Shown here: positions 1 through 16,100 of the stretch, one piece after another
How positions within the stretch are numbered: position 1 is the first letter of the stretch
Layout of the letters: every line of letters starts with the position of its first letter
Assembly: GCA_964016885.1 (NCBI GenBank)
Contig: CAXHJY010000973.1
Location: 124,001 to 188,000 of the forward strand
Direction: 5' to 3'
Source of the DNA: Eledone cirrhosa
Taxonomy: Eukaryota
Length of the DNA stretch: 64,000 nucleotides
The notes under the pieces: generated by a model
Databases searched by the model: none
Seen by the model: the letters and a program-made list of their open reading frames with translations, nothing else
Told to the model about the DNA's origin: nothing
Program-made: the position numbers and the translations under genes

Positions 1-3000
1 ATAGGGAGACATGTGAGAGTTAGGGCACTAGCAGGTGACAGATACCTGTTATAATAGGGAGAGGTGTGAGAGTTAGGACACTGGCAGGTGACAGATACCT
101 GTTATAATAGGGAGACATGTGAGAGTTAGGACACTGGCAGGTGACAGATACCTGTCATAATAGGGAGAGGTGTGAGAGGACACTGGCAGGTGACAGATAC
201 CTGTTATAATAGGGAGAGGTGTGAGAGGACACTGGCAGGTGACAGATACCTGTCATAATAGGGAGACATGTGAGAGTTAGGACACTGGCAGGTGACAGAT
301 ACCTGTTATAATAGGGAGAGATGTGAGAGGACACTGGCAGGTGACAGATACCTGTTATAATAGGGAGAGGTGTGAGAGGACACTGGCAGGTGACAGATAC
401 CTGTCATAATAGGGAGACATGTGAGAGTTAGGACACTGGCAGGTGACAGATACCTGTCATAATAGGGAGAGGTGTGAGAGGACACTGGCAGGTGACAGAT
501 ACCTGTTATAATAGGGAGAGGTGTGAGAGGACACTGGCAGGTGACAGATACCTGTCATAATAGGGAGACATGTGAGAGTTAGGACACTGGCAGGTGACAG
601 ATACCTGTCATAATAGGGAGAGATGTGAGAGTTAGGACACTGGCAGGTGACAGATAGCTGTCATAATAGGGAGACATGTGAGATTTAGGACACTGGCAGG
701 TGACAGATACCTGTTATAATAGGGAGACTGGCAGGTGACAGATACCTGTTATAATAGGGAGAGATGTGAGAGGACACTGGCAGGTGACAGATACCTGTCA
801 TAATAGGGAGAGGTGTGAGAGGACACTGGCAGGTGACAGATACCTGTTATAATAGGGAGACATGTGAGAGTTAGGACACTGGCAGGTGACAGATACCAGT
901 CATAATAGGGAGAGATGTGAGAGTTAGGACACTGGCAGGTGACAGATACCTGTCATAATAGGGAGACATGTGAAAGGACACTGGCAGGTGACAGATACCT
1001 GTTATAATAGGGAGACATGTGAGAGTTAGGACACTGGCAGATGACAGATACCTGTTATAATAGGGAGAGATGTGAGAGTTAGGACACTGGCAGGTGACAG
1101 ATACCTGTTATAATACAGACACATGTGAGAGTTAGGACACTGGCATGTGACAGATACCTGTTATAATAGGGAGACATGTGAGAGTTAGGACACTGGCAGG
1201 TGACAGATACCTGTCATAATAGGGAGAGATGTGAGAGTTAAGACACTGGCAGGTGACAGATACCTGTCATAATAGGGAGACATGTGAGAGTTAGGACACT
1301 GGCAGGTGACAGATACCTGTCATAATAGGGAGAGATGTGAGAGTTAGGACACTGGCAGGTGACAGATAGCTGTCATAATAGGGAGACATGTGAGAGTTAG
1401 GACACTGGGAGGTGACAGATACCTGTTATAATAGGGAGACATGTGAGAGTTAGGAGACTGGCAGGTGACAGATACCTGTTATAATAGGGAGACATGTGAG
1501 GGTTAGGACACTGGCAGGTGACAGATACCAGTCATAATAGGGAGACATGTGAGAGTTAGGGCACTAGCAGGTGACAGATACCTGTTATAATAGGGAGAGA
1601 TGTGAGAGGACACTGGCAGGTGACAGATACCTGTTATAATAGGGAGAGGTGTGAGAGTTAGGACACTGGCAGGTGACAGATACCTGTTATAATAGGGAGA
1701 CATGTGAGAGTTAGGACACTGGCAGGTGACAGATACCTGTCATAATAGGGAGAGGTGTGAGAGGACACTGGCAGGTGACAGATACCTGTCATATTAGGGA
1801 GACATGTGAGAGTTAGGACACTGGCAGGTGACAGATACCTGTTATAATAGGGAGAGATGTGAGAGGACACTGGCAGGTGACAGATACCTGTTATAATAGG
1901 GAGAGGTGTGAGAGGACACTGGCAGGTGACAGATACCTGTCATAATAGGGAGACATGTGAGAGTTAGGACACTGGCAGGTGACAGATACCTGTTATAATA
2001 GGGAGACATGTGAGAGTTAGGGCACTAGCAGGTGACAGATACCTGTTATAATAGGGAGAGATGTGAGGACACTGGCAGGTGACAGATACCTGTTATAATA
2101 GGGAGAGGTGTGAGAGGACACTGGCAGGTGACAGATACCTGTTATAATAGGGAGACATGTGAGAGTTAGGACACTGGCAGGTGACAGATACCAGTCATAA
2201 TAGGGAGAGATGTGAGAGTTAGGACACTGGCAGGTGACAGATACCTGTCATAATAGGGAGACATGTGAAAGGACACTGGCAGGTGACAGATACCTGTTAT
2301 AATAGGGAGACATGTGAGAGTTAGGACACTGGCAGATGACAGATACCTGTCATAATAGGGAGAGATGTGAGAGTTAGGACACTGGCAGGTGACAGATAGC
2401 TGTCATAATAGGGAGACATGTGAGAGTTAGGACACTGGCAGGTGACAGATACCTGTTATAATAGGGAGACATGTGAGAGTTAGGAGACTGGCAGGTGACA
2501 GATACCTGTTATAATAGGGAGAGATGTGAGAGGACACTGGCAGGTGACAGATACCAGTCATAATAGGGAGACATGTGAGAGTTAGGGCACTAGCAGGTGA
2601 CAGATACCTGTTATAATAGGGAGAGATGTGAGAGGACACTGGCAGGTGACAGATACCTGTTATAATAGGGAGAGGTGTGAGAGTTAGGACACTGGCAGGT
2701 GACAGATACCTGTTATAATAGGGAGACATGTGAGAGTTAGGACACTGGCAGGTGACAGATACCTGTCATAATAGGGAGAGGTGTGAGAGGACACTGGCAG
2801 GTGACAGATACCTGTCATAATAGGGAGACATGTGAGAGTTAGGACACTGGCAGGTGACAGATACCTGTTATAATAGGGAGAGATGTGAGAGGACACTGGC
2901 AGGTGACAGATACCTGTTATAATAGGGAGAGGTGTGAGAGGACACTGGCAGGTGACAGATACCTGTCATAATAGGGAGACATGTGAGAGTTAGGACACTG

Positions 3001-5199
3001 GCAGGTGACAGATACCTGTCATAATAGGGAGAGATGTGAGAGTTAGGACACTGGCAGGTGACAGATAGCTGTCATAATAGGGAGACATGTGAGATTTAGG
3101 ACACTGGCAGGTGACAGATACCTGTTATAATAGGGAGACTGGCAGGTGACAGATACCTGTTATAATAGGGAGACATGTGAGGGTTAGGACACTGGCAGGT
3201 GACAGATACCAGTCATAATAGGGAGACATGTGAGAGTTAGGGCACTAGCAGGTGACAGATACCTGTTATAATAGGGAGAGATGTGAGAGGACACTGGCAG
3301 GTGACAGATACCTGTCATAATAGGGAGACATGTGAGAGTTAGGACACTGGCAGGTGACAGATACCTGTTATAATAGGGAGAGATGTGAGAGGACACTGGC
3401 AGGTGACAGATACCTGTCATAATAGGGAGACATGTGAGAGTTAGGACACTGGCAGGTGACAGATACCTGTTATAATAGGGAGAGATGTGAGAGGACACTG
3501 GCAGGTGACAGATACCTGTCATAATAGGGAGAGGTGTGAGAGGACACTGGCAGGCGACAGATACCTGTTATAATAGGGAGAGATGTGAGAGGACACTGGC
3601 AGGTGACAGATACCTGTCATAATAGGGAGAGGTGTGAGAGGACACTGGCAGGTGACAGATACCTGTTATAATAGGGAGAGGTGTGAGAGGACACTGGCAG
3701 GTGACAGATACCTGTCATAATAGGGAGACATGTGAGAGTTAGGACACTGGCAGGTGACAGATACCTGTCATAATAGGGAGAGGTGTGAGAGGACACTGGC
3801 AGGTGACAGATACCTGTCATAATAGGGAGACATGTGAGAGTTAGGACACTGGCAGGTGACAGATACCTGTTATAATAGGGAGAGATGTGAGAGGACACTG
3901 GCAGGTGACAGATACCTGTCATAATAGGGAGAGGTGTGAGAGGACACTGGCAGGCGACAGATACCTGTTATAATAGGGAGAGATGTGAGAGGACACTGGC
4001 AGGTGACAGATACCTGTCATAATAGGGAGAGGTGTGAGAGGACACTGGCAGGTGACAGATACCTGTTATAATAGGGAGACATGTGAGAGTTAGGACACTG
4101 GCAGGTGACAGATACCAGTCATAATAGGGAGAGATGTGAGAGTTAGGACACTGGCAGGTGACAGATACCTGTCATAATAGGGAGACATGTGAAAGGACAC
4201 TGGCAGGTGACAGATACCTGTTATAATAGGGAGACATGTGAGAGTTAGGACACTGGCAGATGACAGATACCTGTTATAATAGGGAGAGATGTGAGAGTTA
4301 GGACACTGGCAGGTGACAGATACCTGTTATAATACAGACACATGTGAGAGTTAGGACACTGGCATGTGACAGATACCTGTTATAATAGGGAGACATGTGA
4401 GAGTTAGGACACTGGCAGGTGACAGATACCTGTCATAATAGGGAGAGATGTGAGAGTTAAGACACTGGCAGGTGACAGATACCTGTCATAATAGGGAGAC
4501 ATGTGAGAGTTAGGACACTGGCAGGTGACAGATACCTGTCATAATAGGGAGAGATGTGAGAGTTAGGACACTGGCAGGTGACAGATAGCTGTCATAATAG
4601 GGAGACATGTGAGAGTTAGGACACTGGGAGGTGACAGATACCTGTTATAATAGGGAGACATGTGAGAGTTAGGAGACTGGCAGGTGACAGATACCTGTTA
4701 TAATAGGGAGACATGTGAGGGTTAGGACACTGGCAGGTGACAGATACCAGTCATAATAGGGAGACATGTGAGAGTTAGGGCACTAGCAGGTGACAGATAC
4801 CTGTTATAATAGGGAGAGATGTGAGAGGACACTGGCAGGTGACAGATACCTGTTATAATAGGGAGAGGTGTGAGAGTTAGGACACTGGCAGGTGACAGAT
4901 ACCTGTTATAATAGGGAGAGGTGTGAGAGGACACTGGCAGGTGACAGATACCTGTCATAATAGGGAGACATGTGAGAGTTAGGACACTGGCAGGTGACAG
5001 ATACCTGTTATAATAGGGAGACATGTGAGAGTTAGGGCACTAGCAGGTGACAGATACCTGTTATAATAGGGAGACATGTGAGAGTTAGGGCACTAGCAGG
5101 TGACAGATACCTGTTATAATAGGGAGAGATGTGAGGACACTGGCAGGTGACAGATACCTGTTATAATAGGGAGACATGTGAGAGTTAGGACACTGGCAG

Positions 5200-8100
5200 G
5201 TGACAGATACCTGTCATAATAGGGAGACATGTGAGAGTTAGGACACTGGCAGGTGACAGATACCTGTTATAATAGGGAGACATGTGAGAGTTAGGACACT
5301 GGCAGGTGACAGATACCTGTCATAATAGGGAGACATGTGAGAGTTAGGACACTGGCAGGTGACAGATACCTGTGATAATAGGGAGACATGTGAGAGTTAG
5401 CACACTGGCAGGGGACAGATACCTATTATAATAGGGAGACATGGGAGGGTTAGGACACTGGCAGGTGACAGATACCTGTTATAATAGGGAGACATGTGAG
5501 AGTTAGGACACTGGCAGGTGACAGATACCAGTCATAATAGGGAGACATGTGAGAGTTAGGACACTGGCAGGTGACAGATACCTGTCATAATAGGGAGACA
5601 TGTGAGAGTTAGGACACTGGCAGGTGACAGATACCAGTCATAATAGGGAGAGATGTGAGAGTTAGGACACTGGCAGGTGACAGATACCTGTTATAATAGG
5701 GAGACATGTGAGAGTTAGGACACTGGCAGGTGACAGATACCAGTCATAATAGGGAGAGATGTGAGAGTTAGGACACTGGCAGGTGACAGATACCTGTCAT
5801 AATAGGGAGACATGTGAGAGTTAGGACACTGGCAGGTGACACATACCTGTCATAATAGGGAGACATGTGAGAGTTAGGACACTGGCAGGTGACAGATTCC
5901 TGTCATAATAGGGAGACATGTGAGAGTTGTGACACTGGCAGGTGACAGATACCTGTTATAATAGGGAGACATGTGAGAGGACACTGGCAGGCGACAGATA
6001 CCTGTTATAATAGGGAGACATGTGAGAGTTAGGACACTGGCAGGTGACAGATACCTGTTATAATAGGGAGACATGTGAGAGTTAGGACACTGGCAGGTGA
6101 CAGATACCAGTCATAATAGGGAGAGATGTGAGAGTTAGGACACTGGCAGGTGACAGATACCTGTCATAATAGGGAGACATGTGAAAGGACACTGGCAGGT
6201 GACAGATACCTGTTATAATAGGGAGACATGTGAGAGTTAGGACACTGGCAGATGACAGATACCTGTTATAATAGGGAGAGATGTGAGAGTTAGGACACTG
6301 GCAGGTGACAGATACCTGTTATAATACAGACACATGTGAGAGTTAGGACACTGGCATGTGACAGATACCTGTTATAATAGGGAGACATGTGAGAGTTAGG
6401 ACACTGGCAGGTGACAGATACCTGTCATAATAGGGAGAGATGTGAGAGTTAAGACACTGGCAGGTGACAGATACCTGTCATAATAGGGAGACATGTGAGA
6501 GTTAGGACACTGGCAGGTGACAGATACCTGTCATAATAGGGAGAGATGTGAGAGTTAGGACACTGGCAGGTGACAGATAGCTGTCATAATAGGGAGACAT
6601 GTGAGAGTTAGGACACTGGCAGGTGACAGATACCTGTTATAATAGGGAGACATGTGAGAGTTAGGAGACTGGCAGGTGACAGATACCTGTTATAATAGGG
6701 AGACATGTGAGGGTTAGGACACTGGCAGGTGACAGATACCAGTCATAATAGGGAGACATGTGAGAGTTAGGGCACTAGCAGGTGACAGATACCTGTTATA
6801 ATAGGGAGAGATGTGAGAGGACACTGGCAGGTGACAGATACCTGTTATAATAGGGAGAGGTGTGAGAGTTAGGACACTGGCAGGTGACAGATACCTGTCA
6901 TAATAGGGAGACATGTGAAAGGACACTGGCAGGTGACAGATACCTGTTATAATAGGGAGACATGTGAGAGTTAGGACACTGGCAGATGACAGATATCTGT
7001 TATAATAGGGAGACATGTGAGAGTTAGGACACTGGCAGGTGACAGATACCTGTTATAATAGAGACACATGTGAGAGTTAGGACACTGGCATGTGACAGAT
7101 ACCTGTTATAATAGGGAGACATGTGAGAGTTAGGACACTGGCAGGTGACAGATATCTGTCATAATAGGGAGACATGTGAGAGTTAGGACACTGGCAGGTG
7201 ACAGATATCTGTTATAATAGGGAGACATGTGAGAGTTAGGGCACTAGCAGGTGACAGATACCTGTTATAATAGGGAGACATGTGAGAGTTAGGGCACTAG
7301 CAGGTGACAGATACCTGTTATAATAGGGAGACATGTGAGAGTTATGACACTGGCATGTGACAGATACCTGTCATAATAGGGAGACATGTGAGAGTTAGGG
7401 CACTAGCAGGTGACAGATACCTGTTATAATAGGGAGACATGTGAGAGTTAGGAGACTGGCAGGTGACAGATACCTGTTATAATAGGGAGACATGTGAGAG
7501 TTAGGACACTGGCAGGTGACAGATACCTGTCATAATAGGGAGACATGTGAGAGTTAGGGCACTAGCAGGTGACAGATACCTGTTATAATAGGGAGAGATG
7601 TGAGAGTTAGGACACTGGCAGGTGACAGATACCCGTCATAATAGGGAGACATGTGAGAGTTAGGACACTGGCAGGTGACAGATACCTGTCATAATAGGGA
7701 GACATGTGAGAGTTAGGACACTGGCAGGTGACAGATACCTGTTATAATAGGGAGACATGTGAGAGTTAGGACACTGGCAGGTGACAGATACCTGTCATAA
7801 TAGGGAGACATGTGAGAGTTAGGACACTGGCAGGTGACAGATACCTGTGATAATAGGGAGACATGTGAGAGTTAGCACACTGGCAGGGGACAGATACCTA
7901 TTATAATAGGGAGACATGGGAGGGTTAGGACACTGGCAGGTGACAGATACCTGTTATAATAGGGAGACATGTGAGAGTTAGGACACTGGCAGGTGACAGA
8001 TACCAGTCATAATAGGGAGACATGTGAGAGTTAGGACACTGGCAGGTGACAGATACCTGTCATAATAGGGAGACATGTGAGAGTTAGGACACTGGCAGGT

Positions 8101-9350
8101 GACAGATACCAGTCATAATAGGGAGAGATGTGAGAGTTAGGACACGGGCAGGTGACAGATACCTGTTATAATAGGGAGACATGTGAGAGTTAGGACACTG
8201 GCAGGTGACAGATACCAGTCATAATAGGGAGAGATGTGAGAGTTAGGACACTGGCAGGTGACAGATACCTGTCATAATAGGGAGACATGTGAGAGTTAGG
8301 ACACTGGCAGGTGACACATACCTGTCATAATAGGGAGACATGTGAGAGTTAGGACACTGGCAGGTGACAGATTCCTGTCATAATAGGGAGACATGTGAGA
8401 GTTGTGACACTGGCAGGTGACAGATACCTGTTATAATAGGGAGACATGTGAGAGGACACTGGCAGGCGACAGATACCTGTTATAATAGGGAGACATGTGA
8501 GAGTTAGGACACTGGCAGGTGACAGATACCTGTTATAATAGGGAGACATGTGAGAGTTAGGACACTGGCAGGTGACAGATACCAGTCATAATAGGGAGAG
8601 ATGTGAGAGTTAGGACACTGGCAGGTGACAGATACCTGTCATAATAGGGAGACATGTGAAAGGACACTGGCAGGTGACAGATACCTGTTATAATAGGGAG
8701 ACATGTGAGAGTTAGGACACTGGCAGATGACAGATACCTGTTATAATAGGGAGAGATGTGAGAGTTAGGACACTGGCAGGTGACAGATACCTGTTATAAT
8801 ACAGACACATGTGAGAGTTAGGACACTGGCATGTGACAGATACCTGTTATAATAGGGAGACATGTGAGAGTTAGGACACTGGCAGGTGACAGATACCTGT
8901 CATAATAGGGAGAGATGTGAGAGTTAAGACACTGGCAGGTGACAGATACCTGTCATAATAGGGAGAGATGTGAGAGTTAGGACACTGGCAGGTGACAGAT
9001 ACCTGTCATAATAGGGAGAGATGTGAGAGTTAGGACACTGGCAGGTGACAGATAGCTGTCATAATAGGGAGACATGTGAGAGTTAGGACACTGGCAGGTG
9101 ACAGATACCTGTTATAATAGGGAGACATGTGAGAGTTAGGAGACTGGCAGGTGACAGATACCTGTTATAATAGGGAGACATGTGAGGGTTAGGACACTGG
9201 CAGGTGACAGATACCAGTCATAATAGGGAGACATGTGAGAGTTAGGGCACTAGCAGGTGACAGATACCTGTTATAATAGGGAGAGATGTGAGAGGACACT
9301 GGCAGGTGACAGATACCTGTTATAATAGGGAGAGGTGTGAGAGTTAGGAC
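5200..9350. repeat. Higher-order duplication in array A, period 2475 bp (boundaries approximate)
   Basis: Rare markers recur at +2475: ACATACC 5841/8316 and GTTGTGAC 5926/8401. Identical ORF-track entries at 5874/8349. Confidence 0.8.
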
Positions 9351-10199
9351 ATTGGCAGGTGACAGATACCTGTTATAATAGGGAAACATGTGAGAGTTAG
9401 GACACTGGCAGGTGACAGATACCTGTCATAATAGGGAGAGGTGTGAGCGGACACTGGCAGGTGACAGATACCTGTCATAATAGGGAGACATGTGAGAGTT
9501 AGGACACTGGCAGGTGACAGATACCTGTTATAATAGGGAGAGATGTGAGAGGACACTGGCAGGTGACAGATACCTGTTATAATAGGGAGAGGTGTGAGAG
9601 GACACTGGCAGGTGACAGATACCTGTCATAATAGGGAGACATGTGAGAGTTAGGACCTGGCAGGTGACAGATACCTGTTATAATAGGGAGACATGTGAGA
9701 GTTAGGGCACTAGCAGGTGACATACCTGTTATAATAGGGAGACATGTGAGAGTTAGGGCACTAGCAGGTGACAGATACCTGTTATAATAGGGAGAGATGT
9801 GAGGACACTGGCAGGTGACAGATACCTGTTATAATAGGGAGACATGTGAGAGTTAGGGCACTAGCAGGTGACAGATACCTGTTATAATAGGGAGACATGT
9901 GAGAGTTAGGGCACTAGCAGGTGACAGATACCTGTTATAATAGGGAGACATGTGAGAGTTAGGACACTGGCATGTGACAGATACCTGTCATAATAGGCAG
10001 ACATGTGAGAGTTAGGGCACTAGCAGGTGACAGATACCTGTTATAATAGGGAGACATGTGAGAGTTAGGACACTGGCAGGTGACAGATACCTGTTATAAT
10101 AGGGAGACATGTGAGAGTTAGGACACTGGCAGGTGACAGATACCTGTCATAATAGGGAGACATGTGAGAGTTAGGGCACTAGCAGGTGACAGATACCTG

Positions 10200-13100
10200 T
10201 TATAATAGGGAGAGATGTGAGAGTTAGGACACTGGCAGGTGACAGATACCCGTCATAATAGGGAGACATGTGAGAGTTAGGACACTGGCAGGTGACAGAT
10301 ACCTGTTATAATAGGGAGACATGTGAGAGTTAGGACACTGGCAGGTGACAGATACCTGTCATAATAGGGAGACATGTGAGAGTTAGGACACTGGCAGGTG
10401 ACAGATACCTGTGATAATAGGGAGACATGTGAGAGTTAGCACACTGGCAGGGGACAGATACCTATTATAATAGGGAGACATGGGAGGGTTAGGACACTGG
10501 CAGGTGACAGATACCTGTTATAATAGGGAGACATGTGAGAGTTAGGACACTGGCAGGTGACAGATACCAGTCATAATAGGGAGACATGTGAGAGTTAGGA
10601 CACTGGCAGGTGACAGATACCTGTCATAATAGGGAGACATGTGAGAGTTAGGACACTGGCAGGTGACAGATACCAGTCATAATAGGGAGAGATGTGAGAG
10701 TTAGGACACTGGCAGGTGACAGATACCTGTTATAATAGGGAGACATGTGAGAGTTAGGACACTGGCAGGTGACAGATACCTGTCATAATAGGGAGAGGTG
10801 TGAGAGGACACTGGCAGGTGACAGATACCTGTCATAATAGGGAGACATGTGAGAGTTAGGACACTGGCAGGTGACAGATACCTGTTATAATAGGGAGAGA
10901 TGTGAGAGGACACTGGCAGGTGACAGATACCTGTTATAATAGGGAGAGGTGTGAGAGGACACTGGCAGGTGACAGATACCTGTCATAATAGGGAGACATG
11001 TGAGAGTTAGGACACTGACAGGTGACAGATACCTGTTATAATAGGGAGACATGTGAGAGTTAGGGCACTAGCAGGTGACAGATACCTGTTATAATAGGGA
11101 GACATGTGAGAGTTAGGGCACTAGCAGGTGACAGATACCTGTTATAATAGGGAGAGATGTGAGAGGACACTGGCAGGTGACAGATACCTGTCATAATAGG
11201 GAGGCATGTGAGAGTTAGGACACTGGCAGGTGACAGATACCTGTCATAATAGGGAGACATGTGAGAGTTAGGACACTGGCAGGTGACAGATACCTGTTAT
11301 AATAGGGAGACATGTGAGAGTTAGGGCACTGGCAGGTCACAGATACCTGTTATAATAGGGAGACATGTGAGAGGACACTGGCAGGTGACAGATACCTGTT
11401 ATAATAGGGAGACATGTGAGAGTTAGGACACTGGCAGGTGACAGATACCTGTCATAATAGGGAGAGATGTGAGAGTTAGGACACTGGCAGGTGACAGATA
11501 CCTGTTATAATAGGGAGACATGTGAGAGTTAGGACACTGGCAGGTGACAGATACCTGTTATAATAGGGAGACATGTGAGAGTTAGGACACTGGCAGGTGA
11601 CAGATACCTGTCATAATAGGGAGAGATGTGAGAGTTAGGACACTGGCAGGTGACAGATACCTGTCATAATAGGGAGACATGTGAGAGTTAGGACACTGGC
11701 AGGTGACAGATACCTGTTATAATAGGGAGAGATGTGAGAGTTAGGACACTGGCAGGTGACAGATAGCTGTCATAATAGGGAGACATGTGAGAGTTAGGAC
11801 ACTGGCAGGTGACAGATACCTGTTATAATAGGGAGACATGTGAGAGTTAGGAGACTGGCAGGTGACAGATACCTGTTATAATAGGGAGACATGTGAGGGT
11901 TAGGACACTGGCAGGTGACAGATACCAGTCATAATAGGGAGACATGTGAGAGTTAGGGCACTAGCAGGTGACAGATACCTGTTATAATAGGGAGAGATGT
12001 GAGAGGACACTGGCAGGTGACAGATACCTGTTATAATAGGGAGAGGTGTGAGAGTTAGGACACTGGCAGGTGACAGATACCTGTTATAATAGGGAGACAT
12101 GTGAGAGTTAGGACACTGGCAGGTGACAGATACCTGTCATAATAGGGAGAGGTGTGAGAGGACACTGGCAGGTGACAGATACCTGTCATAATAGGGAGAC
12201 ATGTGAGAGTTAGGACACTGGCAGGTGACAGATACCTGTTATAATAGGGAGAGATGTGAGAGGACACTGGCAGGTGACAGATACCTGTTATAATAGGGAG
12301 AGGTGTGAGAGGACACTGGCAGGTGACAGATACCTGTTATAATAGGGAGACATGTGAGAGTTAGGACACTGGCAGGTGACAGATACCAGTCATAATAGGG
12401 AGAGATGTGAGAGTTAGGACACTGGCAGGTGACAGATACCTGTCATAATAGGGAGACATGTGAAAGGACACTGGCAGGTGACAGATACCTGTTATAATAG
12501 GGAGACATGTGAGAGTTAGGACACTGGCAGATGACAGATACCTGTTATAATAGGGAGAGATGTGAGAGTTAGGACACTGGCAGGTGACAGATACCTGTTA
12601 TAATACAGACACATGTGAGAGTTAGGTCACTGGCATGTGACAGATACCTGTTATAATAGGGAGACATGTGAGAGTTAGGACACTGGCAGGTGACAGATAC
12701 CTGTCATAATAGGGAGAGATGTGAGAGTTAAGACACTGGCAGGTGACAGATACCTGTCATAATAGGGAGACATGTGAGAGTTAGGACACTGGCAGGTGAC
12801 AGATACCTGTCATAATAGGGAGAGATGTGAGAGTTAGGACACTGGCAGGTGACAGATAGCTGTCATAATAGGGAGACATGTGAGAGTTAGGACACTGGCA
12901 GGTGACAGATACCTGTTATAATAGGGAGACATGTGAGAGTTAGGAGACTGGCAGGTGACAGATACCTGTTATAATAGGGAGACATGTGAGGGTTAGGACA
13001 CTGGCAGGTGACAGATACCAGTCATAATAGGGAGACATGTGAGAGTTAGGGCACTAGCAGGTGACAGATACCTGTTATAATAGGGAGAGATGTGAGAGGA

Positions 13101-16100
13101 CACTGGCAGGTGACAGATACCTGTTATAATAGGGAGAGGTGTGAGAGTTAGGACACTGGCAGGTGACAGATACCTGTTATAATAGGGAGACATGTGAGAG
13201 TTAGGACACTGGCAGGTGACAGATACCTGTCATAATAGGGAGAGGTGTGAGAGGACACTGGCAGGTGACAGATACCTGTCATAATAGGGAGACATGTGAG
13301 AGTTAGGACACTGGCAGGTGACAGATACCTGTCATAATAGGGAGAGGTGTGAGAGGACACTGGCAGGTGACAGATACCTGTCATAATAGGGAGACATGTG
13401 AGAGTTAGGACACTGGCAGGTGACAGATACCTGTTATAATAGGGAGAGATGTGAGAGGACACTGGCAGGTGACAGATACCTGTTATAATAGGGAGAGGTG
13501 TGAGAGGACACTGGCAGGTGACAGATACCTGTCATAATAGGGAGACATGTGAGAGTTAGGACACTGGCAGGTGACAGATACCTGTCATAATAGGGAGAGA
13601 TGTGAGAGTTAGGACACTGGCAGGTGACAGATACCTGTTATAATAGGGAGAGATGTGAGAGTTAGGACACTGGCAGGTGACAGATACCCGTCATAATAGG
13701 GAGACATGTGAGAGTTAGGACACTGGCAGGTGACAGATACCTGTCATAATAGGGAGACATGTGAGAGTTAGGACACTGGCAGGTGACAGATACCTGTTAT
13801 AATAGGGAGACATGTGAGAGTTAGGACACTGGCAGGTGACAGATACCTGTCATAATAGGGAGACATGTGAGAGTTAGGACACTGGCAGGTGACAGATACC
13901 TGTGATAATAGGGAGACATGTGAGAGTTAGCACACTGGCAGGGGACAGATACCTATTATAATAGGGAGACATGGGAGGGTTAGGACACTGGCAGGTGACA
14001 GATACCTGTTATAATAGGGAGACATGTGAGAGTTAGGACACTGGCAGGTGACAGATACCAGTCATAATAGGGAGACATGTGAGAGTTAGGACACTGGCAG
14101 GTGACAGATACCTGTCATAATAGGGAGACATGTGAGAGTTAGGACACTGGCAGGTGACAGATACCAGTCATAATAGGGAGAGATGTGAGAGTTAGGACAC
14201 TGGCAGGTGACAGATACCTGTTATAATAGGGAGACATGTGAGAGTTAGGACACTGGCAGGTGACAGATACCTGTCATAATAGGGAGAGGTGTGAGAGGAC
14301 ACTGGCAGGTGACAGATACCTGTCATAATAGGGAGACATGTGAGAGTTAGGACACTGGCAGGTGACAGATACCTGTTATAATAGGGAGAGATGTGAGAGG
14401 ACACTGGCAGGTGACAGATACCTGTTATAATAGGGAGAGGTGTGAGAGGACACTGGCAGGTGACAGATACCTGTCATAATAGGGAGACATGTGAGAGTTA
14501 GGACACTGGCAGGTGACAGATACCTGTTATAATAGGGAGACATGTGAGAGTTAGGGCACTAGCAGGTGACAGATACCTGTTATAATAGGGAGACATGTGA
14601 GAGTTAGGGCACTAGCAGGTGACAGATACCTGTTATAATAGGGAGAGATGTGAGAGGACACTGGCAGGTGACAGATACCTGTCATAATAGGGAGGCATGT
14701 GAGAGTTAGGACACTGGCAGGTGACAGATACCTGTCATAATAGGGAGACATGTGAGAGTTAGGACACTGGCAGGTGACAGATACCTGTTATAATAGGGAG
14801 ACATGTGAGAGTTAGGGCACTGGCAGGTCACAGATACCTGTTATAATAGGGAGACATGTGAGAGGACACTGGCAGGTGACAGATACCTGTTATAATAGGG
14901 AGACATGTGAGAGTTAGGACACTGGCAGGTGACAGATACCTGTCATAATAGGGAGAGATGTGAGAGTTAGGACACTGGCAGGTGACAGATACCTGTTATA
15001 ATAGGGAGACATGTGAGAGTTAGGACACTGGCAGGTGACAGATACCTGTTATAATAGGGAGACATGTGAGAGTTAGGACACTGGCAGGTGACAGATACCT
15101 GTCATAATAGGGAGAGATGTGAGAGTTAGGACACTGGCAGGTGACAGATACCTGTCATAATAGGGAGACATGTGAGAGTTAGGACACTGGCAGGTGACAG
15201 ATACCTGTTATAATAGGGAGAGATGTGAGAGTTAGGACACTGGCAGGTGACAGATAGCTGTCATAATAGGGAGACATGTGAGAGTTAGGACACTGGCAGG
15301 TGACAGATACCTGTTATAATAGGGAGACATGTGAGAGTTAGGAGACTGGCAGGTGACAGATACCTGTTATAATAGGGAGACATGTGAGGGTTAGGACACT
15401 GGCAGGTGACAGATACCAGTCATAATAGGGAGACATGTGAGAGTTAGGGCACTAGCAGGTGACAGATACCTGTTATAATAGGGAGAGATGTGAGAGGACA
15501 CTGGCAGGTGACAGATACCTGTTATAATAGGGAGAGGTGTGAGAGTTAGGACACTGGCAGGTGACAGATACCTGTTATAATAGGGAGACATGTGAGAGTT
15601 AGGACACTGGCAGGTGACAGATACCTGTCATAATAGGGAGAGGTGTGAGAGGACACTGGCAGGTGACAGATACCTGTCATAATAGGGAGACATGTGAGAG
15701 TTAGGACACTGGCAGGTGACAGATACCTGTTATAATAGGGAGAGATGTGAGAGGACACTGGCAGGTGACAGATACCTGTTATAATAGGGAGAGGTGTGAG
15801 AGGACACTGGCAGGTGACAGATACCTGTTATAATAGGGAGACATGTGAGAGTTAGGACACTGGCAGGTGACAGATACCAGTCATAATAGGGAGAGATGTG
15901 AGAGTTAGGACACTGGCAGGTGACAGATACCTGTCATAATAGGGAGACATGTGAAAGGACACTGGCAGGTGACAGATACCTGTTATAATAGGGAGACATG
16001 TGAGAGTTAGGACACTGGCAGATGACAGATACCTGTTATAATAGGGAGAGATGTGAGAGTTAGGACACTGGCAGGTGACAGATACCTGTTATAATACAGA

